Shown: positions 29,409-39,341 of the stretch, in pieces
Numbering within the stretch: the stretch's first letter is position 1
Layout: each line of letters opens with the position of its first letter
Source of the DNA: Candidatus Sulfomarinibacteraceae bacterium
GTDB lineage: Bacteria > Acidobacteriota > Thermoanaerobaculia > Thermoanaerobaculales > Sulfomarinibacteraceae
DNA: 64,000 nucleotides
Assembly: GCA_963796455.1 (NCBI GenBank)
Contig: CAWCLO010000001.1
Span: 256,001 to 320,000 of the forward strand
Reading direction: 5' to 3'
Position numbers and translations under genes: made by a program
Notes under the pieces: model-generated
Database searches by the model: none
Told to the model about the DNA's origin: nothing
The model's input: only the letters and a program-made list of their open reading frames with translations

Positions 29409-32400
29409 TCACAACCGCGCGATTTCGTCCGCATCCAGAAACCACAACTCCATATGCGGTTCGTAGCTGAGTTCGAGCGCCTTTTGCAGGGCCTCGGCGT
29501 AGATCCGAATCTGCGGTTCGTAAACGGCGGTGCGCTGATCGATCGCCGGCTGATCCGGCAGAATGTCGGTCTTGTAGTCGGCGACCACAAGGCGATCATC
29601 GTCCGGATCGAGGTAGACGAGATCGATAAACCCGGAGACGACGGCGCCAGGCGGGCCCTCACCCTCCGACCACAGCACGAGAGGCAACTCCCTCGCCATG
29701 ACCCTTGGAGCGAGTGCTTCGAGGCGGGCCAGGCAATCGCCTTCAATCAAGTGACTCAGAAGATCACCGATTCTGCCGGCGCCCTCGTCTACGTCGCGAT
29801 CCGCAACCAGGCTGCCCAGCACGATATCTCGCCGAGCGGCAATCTGTGGCGCCAACGCTTCGTCGAGATCCAGGGTCTCGAGCAATTTATGCACGGCGGT
29901 GCCAAGCGCCATCGCCAGGTCCCGATCGGATGCGCCCTCCCCTGCCGTGTCGCCGTCCTCGGCATCGATGAGTCGAAGTCGATCATGAGCCTCTGCAGAA
30001 GCAGACCTGAAAACGGCCTGGGCCATCCGCTTGGCGGCCTCGCGACGGGCGACGGCCAACCCTTCGGCACGTTGCAACGCACCGGCTGGGAGCGACCAAT
30101 CTTCGCTCGAGCCGATCGCGGGAACCTCGGCTTCCGACGGGTCAGCATATGCAGGCATCACACGAACCACGTGGGGCGCGGCATCAGCCTCGCGTTCGAT
30201 CTCCCCATCTTGCTGCCGTGCGACAGCCGCCGGATCGAGACGGCGACCCAACAGATCGGCGAAATCAGCGGCCGCTTCGGGAGGCACCTCCTTGCCGGCT
30301 GCGATCCAACCACCCGACACCACTAATCGTTTCTTGGCCCTGGTGGCAGCCACATAGAGCAACCGAACCAATTCGGCCCTGGTTTTCTGGGTCTGCTCCC
30401 ACTCGGCGGCGGCAAGACCCGGTGTCAACCAACCAAAAATCCGGTATTCGGTTCGACCATCGATCTTGCTCACGGAGGCCTTGTTCCGATCACCGCCGCC
30501 GCGGCCGCCCTTGTGGATCTGGGCCACATAGACATGTTCGAAATCGAGTCCCTTGGCGCGGTGGATGGTCATCACGTGGACCGCATCGGTCTCGAGATCG
30601 GGCGGCACAGGGACCCGGCTCTCCTTGCCCTCCTCAACCGCCTGGCGGAGGAATCTCGCGAGTTCGGCATCGCCGCCGTGACCCGATCCAAGCGTCTCCT
30701 CGAGATCGCTGAGAAAGCGGTCGACCCGCGCTCTCCGAAACCCTCCAAGGTAACGAGCCGCTGCCGTCACCTCGGCCAGCCACAACGTCCTGACTTTTTC
30801 GACAAACACATCCGGTGGGTCCTCGCGCAACGACAGCCGGAGGTCGGCGATGAACTCAACAGCAGCCTGCGCCGCGACCGTCCAATTCGGCAGGACGTCG
30901 CTTCCGGGGGTGTCGGTGGGCGTTGCCTTTCGCGCGCTCTCAATGCTCTGTCGAGCAGCCGCCGCCTGCACCGAGCCCGGACCGGCGAGCCGCGCCATCT
31001 TGCCCGGAAATCCTGCGTCCCATAACGGTGCCAGGGCGGCGTCGGGCACGCCAACCACATCGCTTCGGAGCACCGTCAGGAGAGCCAGAACATCCGTAGG
31101 CTCGAGAACGCAACGAATGAGGGCCGCCACCTCGACCACCTCGCGCTGGCGGTAGTAGTCGCGCTCTCTGGCCACCTCGTATGGAATTCCCAATTCGCGA
31201 AAGGCGGCCAAAAGCTCTTCCTGGGCGGTCGTGACCCGCAGCAACACCGCCACATCGCCCCACGAAGTGATCACCCCACCCGCGTGGAGCCTGAATATGT
31301 CTGTTGCCAGGGCACGTGCCTCGAGCGCCGTTGTGACCCGGTCCGAGTTGCCCTTTTCCGGGCCCACTCCATCATCACCCCACGGCCAGGCCAACCAATG
31401 CTCGACCGTCCGCCACGGTCCTTCGTCGACGCCGGCCACGCCGCGCCGTTCTTCCGTGGCTTCGAGTCGTTGAAAGGCCGGTTGAACCCCCTTTTCGGAA
31501 CGCATGACCGGCGCCACCAACCGCTCGACCTCGTCGAGGATCGGAGTCACCGAGCGGAAGTTGCGCACCAGATCGACGGTCTCGCCGCCTTCGTCCTTCA
31601 CACGCGCCACAAATGCGTCATAGGCGGCGAGATCGGCACTGCGCCACGCATAAATCGACTGTTTCGGATCGCCGACGATAAAAAGAGAGGGCCGACGCTC
31701 CGGATCACCCGACAGGGCGAGCCACTCCACCAACCGGCACTGGACATCGTCGGTGTCCTGAAATTCGTCGACCAGGAGGTGATCGATACCGGCCACGACC
31801 TCGTGCCGAACCCCGGGCGAGTCCGCCAGAAGCCCTTCGGCGTAGCGGAGAAGATCCGAAAAGGTCAGCATTCCGTGCTCGCTGCGCCGCGTCTGTACGG
31901 TCCCGAGCAACTCCCCCACCACAGCGCGGGCCGCAATGAGCTGATCTTGACACGGCTCCATGAGCGGCCCGAGCACAGCAGCCAGCCGGCCGGAAGCCGC
32001 TGCCACCTCGTGCTCTACGTCCTCGAGACGCCCACTTTCCGTCTTGTTGAATTTGAGCTTCGACCAGTCCTTGAGACGACCGACAACCCTCGGGTCGATG
32101 GTTGCTGCCGCGACCTCGAGTTCAGCCATGGAAGGCGCGGGGCTTTGCTCCGTCACCACCGCCAACTCGTCCGCCACATCCCTGCTCAAGGCAATGACCT
32201 CGGCCTTGACGCCATCGAGACGGCCGCCCACCGCCAGACTGAAATCACCCACCGCCGACCGCAGACGCTCCGCAACTGCTGTGCTGTCAGCAAAGGGGTC
32301 CCCGGCAAAGGTCTCCGGACCGGCCCCGGCCTCAACCAGTTGCACCAGCGCCTCGACGAGATCTCCCGGGGACACACCCTCGATCGCCAGGCGCTCCCAG

Positions 32401-32981
32401 TGGTCGCGCTTCGGGTCCTTCTCGAGACCACGCAGCGACTCCTCCACCACCTCTTCGACCAGGGCTTCGATTCGTGCACCGTCGGCATCCACCTCGAAGC
32501 GCGGGTGCAACCCGGCCTCCAGGGGATAGGTCGCGAGAAGCCGTTGGCAAAAGGCGTGGATGGTGGAGACGACCAGGCGGTGGCTCTCCTCGGAAAGAGC
32601 ACGCGCCCGCTTCGAGATCTCGCCCTTCGACGCCTCCACGACGCCGGGCTCCGGGTCCCACCCCACCGGAACCTCGCCTTCCGCGAGATCAAATAATGCC
32701 GTACCGATTTTTCGCGCCATCTCGGCGGCCGCGGCCTCGGTGAAAGTAATGGCCACCACCCTCTCGATAACCCGTCTGGCCACGGTCTGGGGATCAGAAC
32801 CAGCTTCGACGTGACGCTCCCAGCCGGGACCCACACACCACACGGCGATCCTCGCCACCAGGAGCGCCGTCTTGCCGGTCCCGGCCCCCGCCACAACCAC
32901 CACCGGGTGACCGAACTGGCTTTGGGCGACGCGGCGCGACTGCTCGTCGGCGGCCAGCGGATCAAGGAGTGCAGCCGTCAT
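29409..32981 (-). CDS. addA: AddA-like ATP-dependent helicase/nuclease
   Basis: AGAGTGKT, AITFTEAAAAEM, TIHAFC, VDEFQDT, VGDPKQSIY, MTIHRAKGL, RLLYVAATRA, C-terminal GFIDL..DYKT; ATGA overlap with upstream gene. Confidence 0.88.
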   Translation of the reverse strand: MTAALLDPLAADEQSRRVAQSQFGHPVVVVAGAGTGKTALLVARIAVWCVGPGWERHVEAGSDPQTVARRVIERVVAITFTEAAAAEMARKIGTALFDLAEGEVPVGWDPEPGVVEASKGEISKRARALSEESHRLVVSTIHAFCQRLLATYPLEAGLHPRFEVDADGARIEALVEEVVEESLRGLEKDPKRDHWERLAIEGVSPGDLVEALVQLVEAGAGPETFAGDPFADSTAVAERLRSAVGDFSLAVGGRLDGVKAEVIALSRDVADELAVVTEQSPAPSMAELEVAAATIDPRVVGRLKDWSKLKFNKTESGRLEDVEHEVAAASGRLAAVLGPLMEPCQDQLIAARAVVGELLGTVQTRRSEHGMLTFSDLLRYAEGLLADSPGVRHEVVAGIDHLLVDEFQDTDDVQCRLVEWLALSGDPERRPSLFIVGDPKQSIYAWRSADLAAYDAFVARVKDEGGETVDLVRNFRSVTPILDEVERLVAPVMRSEKGVQPAFQRLEATEERRGVAGVDEGPWRTVEHWLAWPWGDDGVGPEKGNSDRVTTALEARALATDIFRLHAGGVITSWGDVAVLLRVTTAQEELLAAFRELGIPYEVARERDYYRQREVVEVAALIRCVLEPTDVLALLTVLRSDVVGVPDAALAPLWDAGFPGKMARLAGPGSVQAAAARQSIESARKATPTDTPGSDVLPNWTVAAQAAVEFIADLRLSLREDPPDVFVEKVRTLWLAEVTAAARYLGGFRRARVDRFLSDLEETLGSGHGGDAELARFLRQAVEEGKESRVPVPPDLETDAVHVMTIHRAKGLDFEHVYVAQIHKGGRGGGDRNKASVSKIDGRTEYRIFGWLTPGLAAAEWEQTQKTRAELVRLLYVAATRAKKRLVVSGGWIAAGKEVPPEAAADFADLLGRRLDPAAVARQQDGEIEREADAAPHVVRVMPAYADPSEAEVPAIGSSEDWSLPAGALQRAEGLAVARREAAKRMAQAVFRSASAEAHDRLRLIDAEDGDTAGEGASDRDLAMALGTAVHKLLETLDLDEALAPQIAARRDIVLGSLVADRDVDEGAGRIGDLLSHLIEGDCLARLEALAPRVMARELPLVLWSEGEGPPGAVVSGFIDLVYLDPDDDRLVVADYKTDILPDQPAIDQRTAVYEPQIRIYAEALQKALELSYEPHMELWFLDADEIARL

Positions 32982-35900
32982 TGGTCGGTTTCCGCCCGGG
33001 CAATGCCGAGCCACCACAAAGAGCGCGCACATTCCACGACCCGGTCGCCACTGTTCTCATCACCATTCATGAATCGCACGAGATCGCGCCGGAAGGCAGA
33101 ATCATCGCGGCGGCAGGCCTCGGCGACAGCGCAATAGCTGCAGTGCTTCGCCGCACGCCCATCGGCCTCTTCGACCCTCGGGAAGGCGATTCCGACCGAG
33201 CGACCCTGCACGATGGTTCGGATCGCCGTTTCGAAAACCTCCATGTCATCCGCGTTGTCACCATCGATCGCGATCTCGCGGATCTCGTCTTTCCAGTCGT
33301 CCTTAGGTTTGAGGTAGAGGTATTTGCCGACACCATCGGGCACGCCGTCGGCGCGAGAGTATGCAGCGGCCTGCAAAAGGCGACCTCTGGCAATCAAGGT
33401 GCGGATGTTGGTGCTCCGGGAGGGCTCGGTGGAGGCTTCCACCGCAGGTTTCGCAGCCTTGTAATCCACCAAGACCGTGACCCCGTCCACGTTGTCCACG
33501 CGATCGGCACGGAACCTCAATTGATGCCCGACATCTGGAATGGACGTCCGTCCTTCAACTTCTGATCCGAGGACGGAAGGCAGAGCCCCGGTGTTCCACT
33601 CGAGCCTTCGTTCGATCTCGAGAAACTGCCGCGCCCGGGCAGCCAACAATGGCGCCATGCCCATCGAAGCAAGGCCTTCTGCGGTCGCGACCCGATGTGC
33701 TTCCCGGTTGACGAGATCATTCAGGCTCCCGGCATCCGGCCAGCGGACACTCACCGGATCCCTTGAAACGAGCTCGGCCAACCCACCGAGATTGCCGACG
33801 GCATCGGCCACCACCGTCTCGAGCACCCCGTGCACCACCTGGCCCACCATCGGACCGTCGATGCCGGGCAGACCGAGAAGCGGATCGGGCATCGGCAGCA
33901 CGCCGAGCCGACGCTGAACAAAGGCCCGCCACGGACAGGTTCCGATGCCCTCTGCATGGGTTACCCAGAGGTCATCGTCACCCTTCTCGTCGATTTCGCC
34001 GGTGAATCCGAACCATGCTCCGGGACCGGTCTCATCCGAAAGCCGTTCAACCGCAGCGAGTAGATCGGCACGAGCGGTGGCAAGCAGCCCGGGAGACACC
34101 GTCCCGAAGCCCGATCCAGAATCGCAGAGCCCCTCTGCGATCGCAGCTTCCAACAATTGACCGGTGCCGCCTGGGCCCGCCAAAGGCGCCGCGAGAACCG
34201 CTATTTCATAGGCCGGTCTCGGCCGGGATGCAATCTCGTCATTCGACCACAGCTGAGGCACACTCATCGGATCTCCAACACCCTCACGTCGCCTCAGCCG
34301 GTCGACAAAAGGTGATGGCGTCAGGCACCCCTCGCTGCCAAAAACATGCCACGACAGCACAGCCGAAGGGGCACTCGACAGCAGTTGGGCAAAGAGATAA
34401 CGTTCCTCGTCAGCGCTCCGACCCTTGACCGGCATCTCCGGCAGGACATCGGCTGCGAGACGGGCGCGAATCGCCTCGGGCAACATCGGGTCCTCGTGAC
34501 CGACCCGCGGGAAAACACCTCGGTTGAGACCCACGACGTGAAGATGTTCGAAGGTCCGTGCCCGGGATTCCATAACGGTCAGAACCTGCACCCCCGCGCC
34601 ATCCCCTCCGAGCGGCACATCGCGGACCCCGTCGAGCCGGTCGGCGAGCAATTTCAGCCACTCCTCCCGGGCCAATTCGTAGCTCGCCGGCACCTCGCGA
34701 CACAAACCATCGAGAGCCTCGTGAACAGCTCGCGACTCCGGTGTTCCCTCACTCCACCCGAGAGCCCCGAGCACCGCGGCCGTGTGTCGAGAGCAATCCC
34801 CGGCCGACGCCCGTTCAGGACTGCGCTCGAGCAGCGACACCAGGATTCCAGCCTCGGCAACGGCCGAGCGAAGGACATCCTTTGCCAGGCGCCGCGAAGA
34901 TCCATCGCCACCGTCGACCTCGTCTTCCCGTCCGATCGCGAGTGGCAACCGAACCCCGCGCGGCGGCACCGCTTTGTCCGGCTGCGTCGCCAGATCGGCC
35001 AGGCTCAGGACACCCAGGACTCGCAACCCGAGCAACAGTTCGGTGGAAGCTTCGTTATCGGCGCGGGCCTCGATCCACTGATCAACCCGGGTCGCCGGGC
35101 CGCGTCGGAGGAGCTCCGTCAATCGACCTACACGGCGTTTTGGCCCCGCCCCGGGGACCACTGCCCCGGCGCCGGAAAAGGGCACACCCAGACGATGGAA
35201 GTGGCGCCGCAACGGCAGCGCCATGGAATCGAGCGTCCGGCCCACCACCGCCACGTCTTCTGCTTCGACGCCGTCATCGAGCAGACCGCGGATTCTTTCG
35301 GCCACCCAACGCGCCTCGGCCTCCACATCAGGCGCCTCCGCCAGCTCGATTTCGGGTGGTGGATCCTGTCGCCGGTCGGTCTCGTGGTCCAGGTGGTTCA
35401 TCCGCTCATCAAGCCGGGTCAGATAGGCCCCCCCGAGATCGTCCCTCTCCGGAGCCGCCGGATCCGGCGGCCGATCGAGCATGACGGTCCCCCCGAGCAC
35501 GCGGATCATGGCCACCAGAAGATCCGCCGCGACACCGGTGACGTCGGCAAAACCGTGCACCAACAATGCTCTGGTGGGGAGCAGATCGGGGCCGGCGATC
35601 TGGAGGGCATCCTCCGCCAGTTGCAGGGCGCGCATCGAACGCCTCAGACCCAGATCCTCTGCACTCTCGAACGAAGACGCCGCCAGCCGCACCAGGGATG
35701 CGGAGCGCACGAGCCGCTCGGGCGCCACTTCACCGGCCACATCGTCGATCCGTTCGAGCACACCCTCTTCGTTGCCCGGCATGAAGCCGGCATCGAGAAG
35801 ATCACGGACCGCACCCACCACCGCATCGTAACCATCGGTCAGACCGTCGAGGCTGGTGCGTAAGGTCGGCTCGGTTGCGGCGGTACGGCGAACCTGCACC

Positions 35901-36193
35901 TCGAAACCGGCATCGGCTCGTGGTGGCGTCAGACCGCTTCGCGCCGCCACCTCGAGAGCCAGGCCGAAAAGAGTCTGGACCTGGATTCCCACCACGGCGC
36001 CACGGCGCCGCGCAAGAACCCGCAGGATGTGGCGCCGCAGGCTTCGGGAGGGCACAACGACCCGTATCGGGATCGCCAGATGCTCGACGCCGGCGCCAAA
36101 CAAATTCTCGATTTCTTCGAGCAGCCGCTCCTCTGTCGCGCGGGCGCCTCGGCAGGAAATGATACGTGATCGGATTTCAGAAAGTTGATTCAT
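32978..36193 (-). CDS. addB: AddB-like inactive helicase / PD-(D/E)XK nuclease
   Basis: EERYLF, CPW..F, RADRVD..VDYK, CSYCAVAEAC Fe-S staple; paired with addA. Confidence 0.8.
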   Translation of the reverse strand: MNQLSEIRSRIISCRGARATEERLLEEIENLFGAGVEHLAIPIRVVVPSRSLRRHILRVLARRRGAVVGIQVQTLFGLALEVAARSGLTPPRADAGFEVQVRRTAATEPTLRTSLDGLTDGYDAVVGAVRDLLDAGFMPGNEEGVLERIDDVAGEVAPERLVRSASLVRLAASSFESAEDLGLRRSMRALQLAEDALQIAGPDLLPTRALLVHGFADVTGVAADLLVAMIRVLGGTVMLDRPPDPAAPERDDLGGAYLTRLDERMNHLDHETDRRQDPPPEIELAEAPDVEAEARWVAERIRGLLDDGVEAEDVAVVGRTLDSMALPLRRHFHRLGVPFSGAGAVVPGAGPKRRVGRLTELLRRGPATRVDQWIEARADNEASTELLLGLRVLGVLSLADLATQPDKAVPPRGVRLPLAIGREDEVDGGDGSSRRLAKDVLRSAVAEAGILVSLLERSPERASAGDCSRHTAAVLGALGWSEGTPESRAVHEALDGLCREVPASYELAREEWLKLLADRLDGVRDVPLGGDGAGVQVLTVMESRARTFEHLHVVGLNRGVFPRVGHEDPMLPEAIRARLAADVLPEMPVKGRSADEERYLFAQLLSSAPSAVLSWHVFGSEGCLTPSPFVDRLRRREGVGDPMSVPQLWSNDEIASRPRPAYEIAVLAAPLAGPGGTGQLLEAAIAEGLCDSGSGFGTVSPGLLATARADLLAAVERLSDETGPGAWFGFTGEIDEKGDDDLWVTHAEGIGTCPWRAFVQRRLGVLPMPDPLLGLPGIDGPMVGQVVHGVLETVVADAVGNLGGLAELVSRDPVSVRWPDAGSLNDLVNREAHRVATAEGLASMGMAPLLAARARQFLEIERRLEWNTGALPSVLGSEVEGRTSIPDVGHQLRFRADRVDNVDGVTVLVDYKAAKPAVEASTEPSRSTNIRTLIARGRLLQAAAYSRADGVPDGVGKYLYLKPKDDWKDEIREIAIDGDNADDMEVFETAIRTIVQGRSVGIAFPRVEEADGRAAKHCSYCAVAEACRRDDSAFRRDLVRFMNGDENSGDRVVECARSLWWLGIARAETDQ

Positions 36194-36373
36194 CGGGACG
36201 AATCCATGGGACCACGGGCGGAGGGAGGTGTCAACACGACCCTTCGAGAGCGGGTTGTGCAGTGAAAGATCGTGCTTCAAATCAGCGAGTTCAAGGCCAC
36301 GTGTCACTACTGTCCAATAAAAATCGTCATTTGACGGTGCCCACCTGACAACACGAGGTTTATGGGTTGATTG

Positions 36374-36738
36374 TTGGCATTTCCGGTTCGTGGTTGCGCC
36401 GCGTCCGAGTCGGCGTCCGTGCCCGTATTACAGCGGCAGCGACAGTGTCCAGGGGCAGCGACAGGAACCAGCGATCAGTGTTCAGCAACAGGGAACAGCG
36501 GCAGTGGCAGCAATCCGGTGCAGTGATGGCGTGGTCACCTCCGGGGCGTTCAACAGAAGGAAGAGCCGCTGTGGTGTAGGCGTCTCGCCTGCCCACCGTG
36601 CGGCCGAGACGGCCGCACCACAAAGACCGGAGCCCCGAAGAAGTGAGTGCTGTTCGCTGTCCCGGCCGCTGATCGCTGACGCTGAATCCTGTTCGCTGTC
36701 GCTGGACGCTTATCGAGACTCCTGGTTGGAAAAGAGTG
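36374..36738 (+). mobile_element. ORF-less (MITE-like) derivative of the four-helix-bundle element
   Basis: Keeps the TTGGCAT.TCCGGTTCG.GGTTG end, CAGCGGCAGCGACAGTGTCCAG arm, first hairpin arm, the gene's stop context (AAGTGAGTGC) and the GAGACTC..TTGGA..GAGTG end. Confidence 0.65.
36570..36622. repeat. TGTGGTG...CACCACA REP-like palindrome
   Basis: TGTGGTGTAGGCGTCTCG pairs imperfectly with CGAGACGGCCGCACCACA. Confidence 0.7.
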
Positions 36739-36867
36739 GTCACGAGTGAAGAGTGATGGGCTCCCGGGAGGCGGGCCGGCTCAACCCCTGACCCTGAACT
36801 CCAGACTCTTCTCGCGACGGCGAGGCGATCAACGTTTATGATGGCTATCGCGCAGCAAGGGGGCACT

Positions 36868-37338
36868 ATGTCTGGAGTCGAAGGCCGGGTCATGAAACAG
36901 TGGAATCGCGCCAAGGATTCGGGCTTCCGTCGTCGGCTGTTCAGCCGGGCCATCGGCAGGGCTGCCCGCTATACCGGCACCATCGGCGCCCAGGTCGAAG
37001 TGCTCGAAGCCGGCCGATCGATGGTCACCATGAAGGACCGCAAGGCCGTCCGCAACCATCTGCAATCGGTCCACGCCGTCGCCCTGACCAATCTGATCGA
37101 ACTCACGGGCAGCCTCTCGATCATCGCCGCACTGCCACCGGACACACGGATGATCCCGATCCGACTCGAAACCGATTTCGTCAAGAAGGGCCGCGGCCTC
37201 ATGACCGCCGAGGGAATCTGTGAGATACCAGAATCAAACTCGGAAGCCGAACTGCCCGCTGAAGTCACGATCACCGATTCAGAGGGCGACGTGGTTGCCC
37301 GGGGCCAGGTGTCCGTAAAAATCGGACCGCGGTCCTGA
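36868..37338 (+). CDS. Hotdog-fold (DUF4442/PaaI-like) protein
   Basis: RNHLQSVHAVAL, FVKKGRG; start may be 36838. Confidence 0.8.
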   Translation: MSGVEGRVMKQWNRAKDSGFRRRLFSRAIGRAARYTGTIGAQVEVLEAGRSMVTMKDRKAVRNHLQSVHAVALTNLIELTGSLSIIAALPPDTRMIPIRLETDFVKKGRGLMTAEGICEIPESNSEAELPAEVTITDSEGDVVARGQVSVKIGPRS

Positions 37339-37342
37339 AGGC

Positions 37343-37441
37343 TTGGGGCTTGAGGCCCGGGGCTTGAACAGACCGGATCGCGTTCGGTGTGCCTCAAGCC
37401 TCACGCCTCAGGCCCCAGGTCCCAGGTCCCAGGTCTCAGGC
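37343..37441. repeat. Inverted pair of degenerate heptamer arrays between convergent genes
   Basis: GGGGCTT/GAGGC left; GCCTCAA/CCCAGGT right. Confidence 0.7.
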
Positions 37442-37442
37442 C

Positions 37443-39173
37443 CTACTCGATCCTTATCGGTGGCATCCATACGACGCCGGGCGTCGGGATGTCGCCCGTC
37501 ATCATCCACTCCTCCAGCAGTTCGAATCGGGCCTCCATGGCGACCTGTTCCGAATTGCGGCGTTTGGCAAATTCCTGCCACCAGGATAGGACGCGCGGGT
37601 ATTGCACGAGTTGAACGGACGCATCCGGATCGATGTCGGCCAGCTTTCTGGCCTCGATAAGGGCGTCGTCAAAATCACCCACCACATCCACCAAACCGTT
37701 CTCCCACGCCTGTTCGCCGGTGAAGACACGTCCGCGGCCGATGGCATCCACCGCCTCGATGCTCATGCCGCGGGACTCGGCCACACGCTCGACAAAGTCG
37801 TCGTAGATCCGATCCAACATCCGGTCGATGATGGCTCGCTGCTGATCGGTCCAATCTTCCATCTCACCGTAAATACTGGCATTCGCCCCGCGATCGAGCC
37901 GACCGAAGGTCACGCCGAGCTTGTCCGACCAGAATGCGGAGGTGTTGAGGTGCCCCGCATAGACCCCGATCGAACCGGTCAGCGTCGCCGGGTCGGCGAC
38001 GATTTTATGGGCGCCGCAACTGATCCAATAACCACCAGAAGCCGCCACGTTCGCCATCGAAACCACCACCGGAATTTCTGCAGCAGTGCGTATCATTTCC
38101 TGGCGGATGATCTCTGAGGCGATGGCGCTCCCGCCCGGGGAATCAACCCGGAAGACAACTGCATCGATATTCTTTGCCCGTCGCACCGCTCGGAATGCCG
38201 CTGAAATCGTCTCGGACCCCATGATCTCGCCGCCAAAGAGCGGGTTCACGCTTTGCCCGCTCGCACCCCGCATGATCGCGCCGGTTGCGGTCACCACGGC
38301 GATCCGGGGGCCACGCTCGATCGTGCCGCGACGCTTGAGATAGGAGCGAATCCCGATCGTGTCGCTGGAAAGCTCCTGGTCGTCGAAGCGATCGGTGAAA
38401 CTCCCCCAATCCTCGAGTCGATCAACAAGGCCTGCCGCGACCGCTTCTTCACCGAGCAGGGGCGCTCGATCCACGAGTTCGCGAACCTCTTCGGAAGACA
38501 ATCCACGTCCATCGGCAACGCCGCGGATCATTTGATCCATGAGCGAATCCAGCAGCCATCCGGTCATTTCGCGATGGGCCGGGGTGAAATCGGTCTGGGT
38601 ATACATGAAACGCGCGGTCTTGTAATCACCACGTCCCGGAAATTCGGCCTTCATCCCGAGTTTGTCGAAAGTTCCGCGGACAAACGGGGTGCTGGAGGAA
38701 ATCCCTATCAGATTGATGTCGCCTTGAGGATTCAAGGAGATCTCGTCACAGGCGGACGCCACGTAGTAGACCAGGTTGCCGCTCGTGAACTCTCCGGCTG
38801 TATCCATATAGGCAGCCGTCCACTTTCCCGACGCTCCCACCCGAGCGATCAGAGAACGCAGCTCCTGCGCCGTGGCAAAGCCTCCGCCGACGCTGTCGAC
38901 GCGCACTCGAAGACCCTTGACCCGGTCATCTTCCGAGGCCAGAACCAACGCCCGCCGTACATTTCGCAGGCTGGTGATCCGCTCACCCATCAATTCGGCC
39001 AGCGGGTCGTCGGATGTGACTTCGGCGATCGGACCGGCAATTCGGAGGGTCAATACCATCTGGCGGGGAAGCGATGGCGATGACAGCCCGCGCACCAGAA
39101 GCGCGAGGATTGCCACCCCGAAGATCACGAGCAAACAACCGGCACCGAGAAAATAGTGGCGAGCCTTGGCCAT
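37443..39173 (-). CDS. sppA: Signal peptide peptidase SppA (long form)
   Basis: GDYKTA, RVDSPGGS, SMANVAASGGYW, TGSIGV, GRVFTG. Confidence 0.93.
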   Translation of the reverse strand: MAKARHYFLGAGCLLVIFGVAILALLVRGLSSPSLPRQMVLTLRIAGPIAEVTSDDPLAELMGERITSLRNVRRALVLASEDDRVKGLRVRVDSVGGGFATAQELRSLIARVGASGKWTAAYMDTAGEFTSGNLVYYVASACDEISLNPQGDINLIGISSSTPFVRGTFDKLGMKAEFPGRGDYKTARFMYTQTDFTPAHREMTGWLLDSLMDQMIRGVADGRGLSSEEVRELVDRAPLLGEEAVAAGLVDRLEDWGSFTDRFDDQELSSDTIGIRSYLKRRGTIERGPRIAVVTATGAIMRGASGQSVNPLFGGEIMGSETISAAFRAVRRAKNIDAVVFRVDSPGGSAIASEIIRQEMIRTAAEIPVVVSMANVAASGGYWISCGAHKIVADPATLTGSIGVYAGHLNTSAFWSDKLGVTFGRLDRGANASIYGEMEDWTDQQRAIIDRMLDRIYDDFVERVAESRGMSIEAVDAIGRGRVFTGEQAWENGLVDVVGDFDDALIEARKLADIDPDASVQLVQYPRVLSWWQEFAKRRNSEQVAMEARFELLEEWMMTGDIPTPGVVWMPPIRIE

Positions 39174-39341
39174 TGAACACCTCCTGAATCGAACCCGATC
39201 GCTTCCACTGCAACGTGCCGAGCGGCCGCGAGGATTCCGGGAATGTCATCGTAGCAGCTTATGGACAACCGACAGAGCCGCAACGTTGGAACCACCCACC
39301 CGTTTTTACGTAGAATCCCACAGGAAAGATTTGGAGCCAAC

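Noticed and set aside
29409..36193. Helicase-nuclease pair as a novel defence system
   Set aside because: Architecture matches ordinary AddAB recombination-repair genes.
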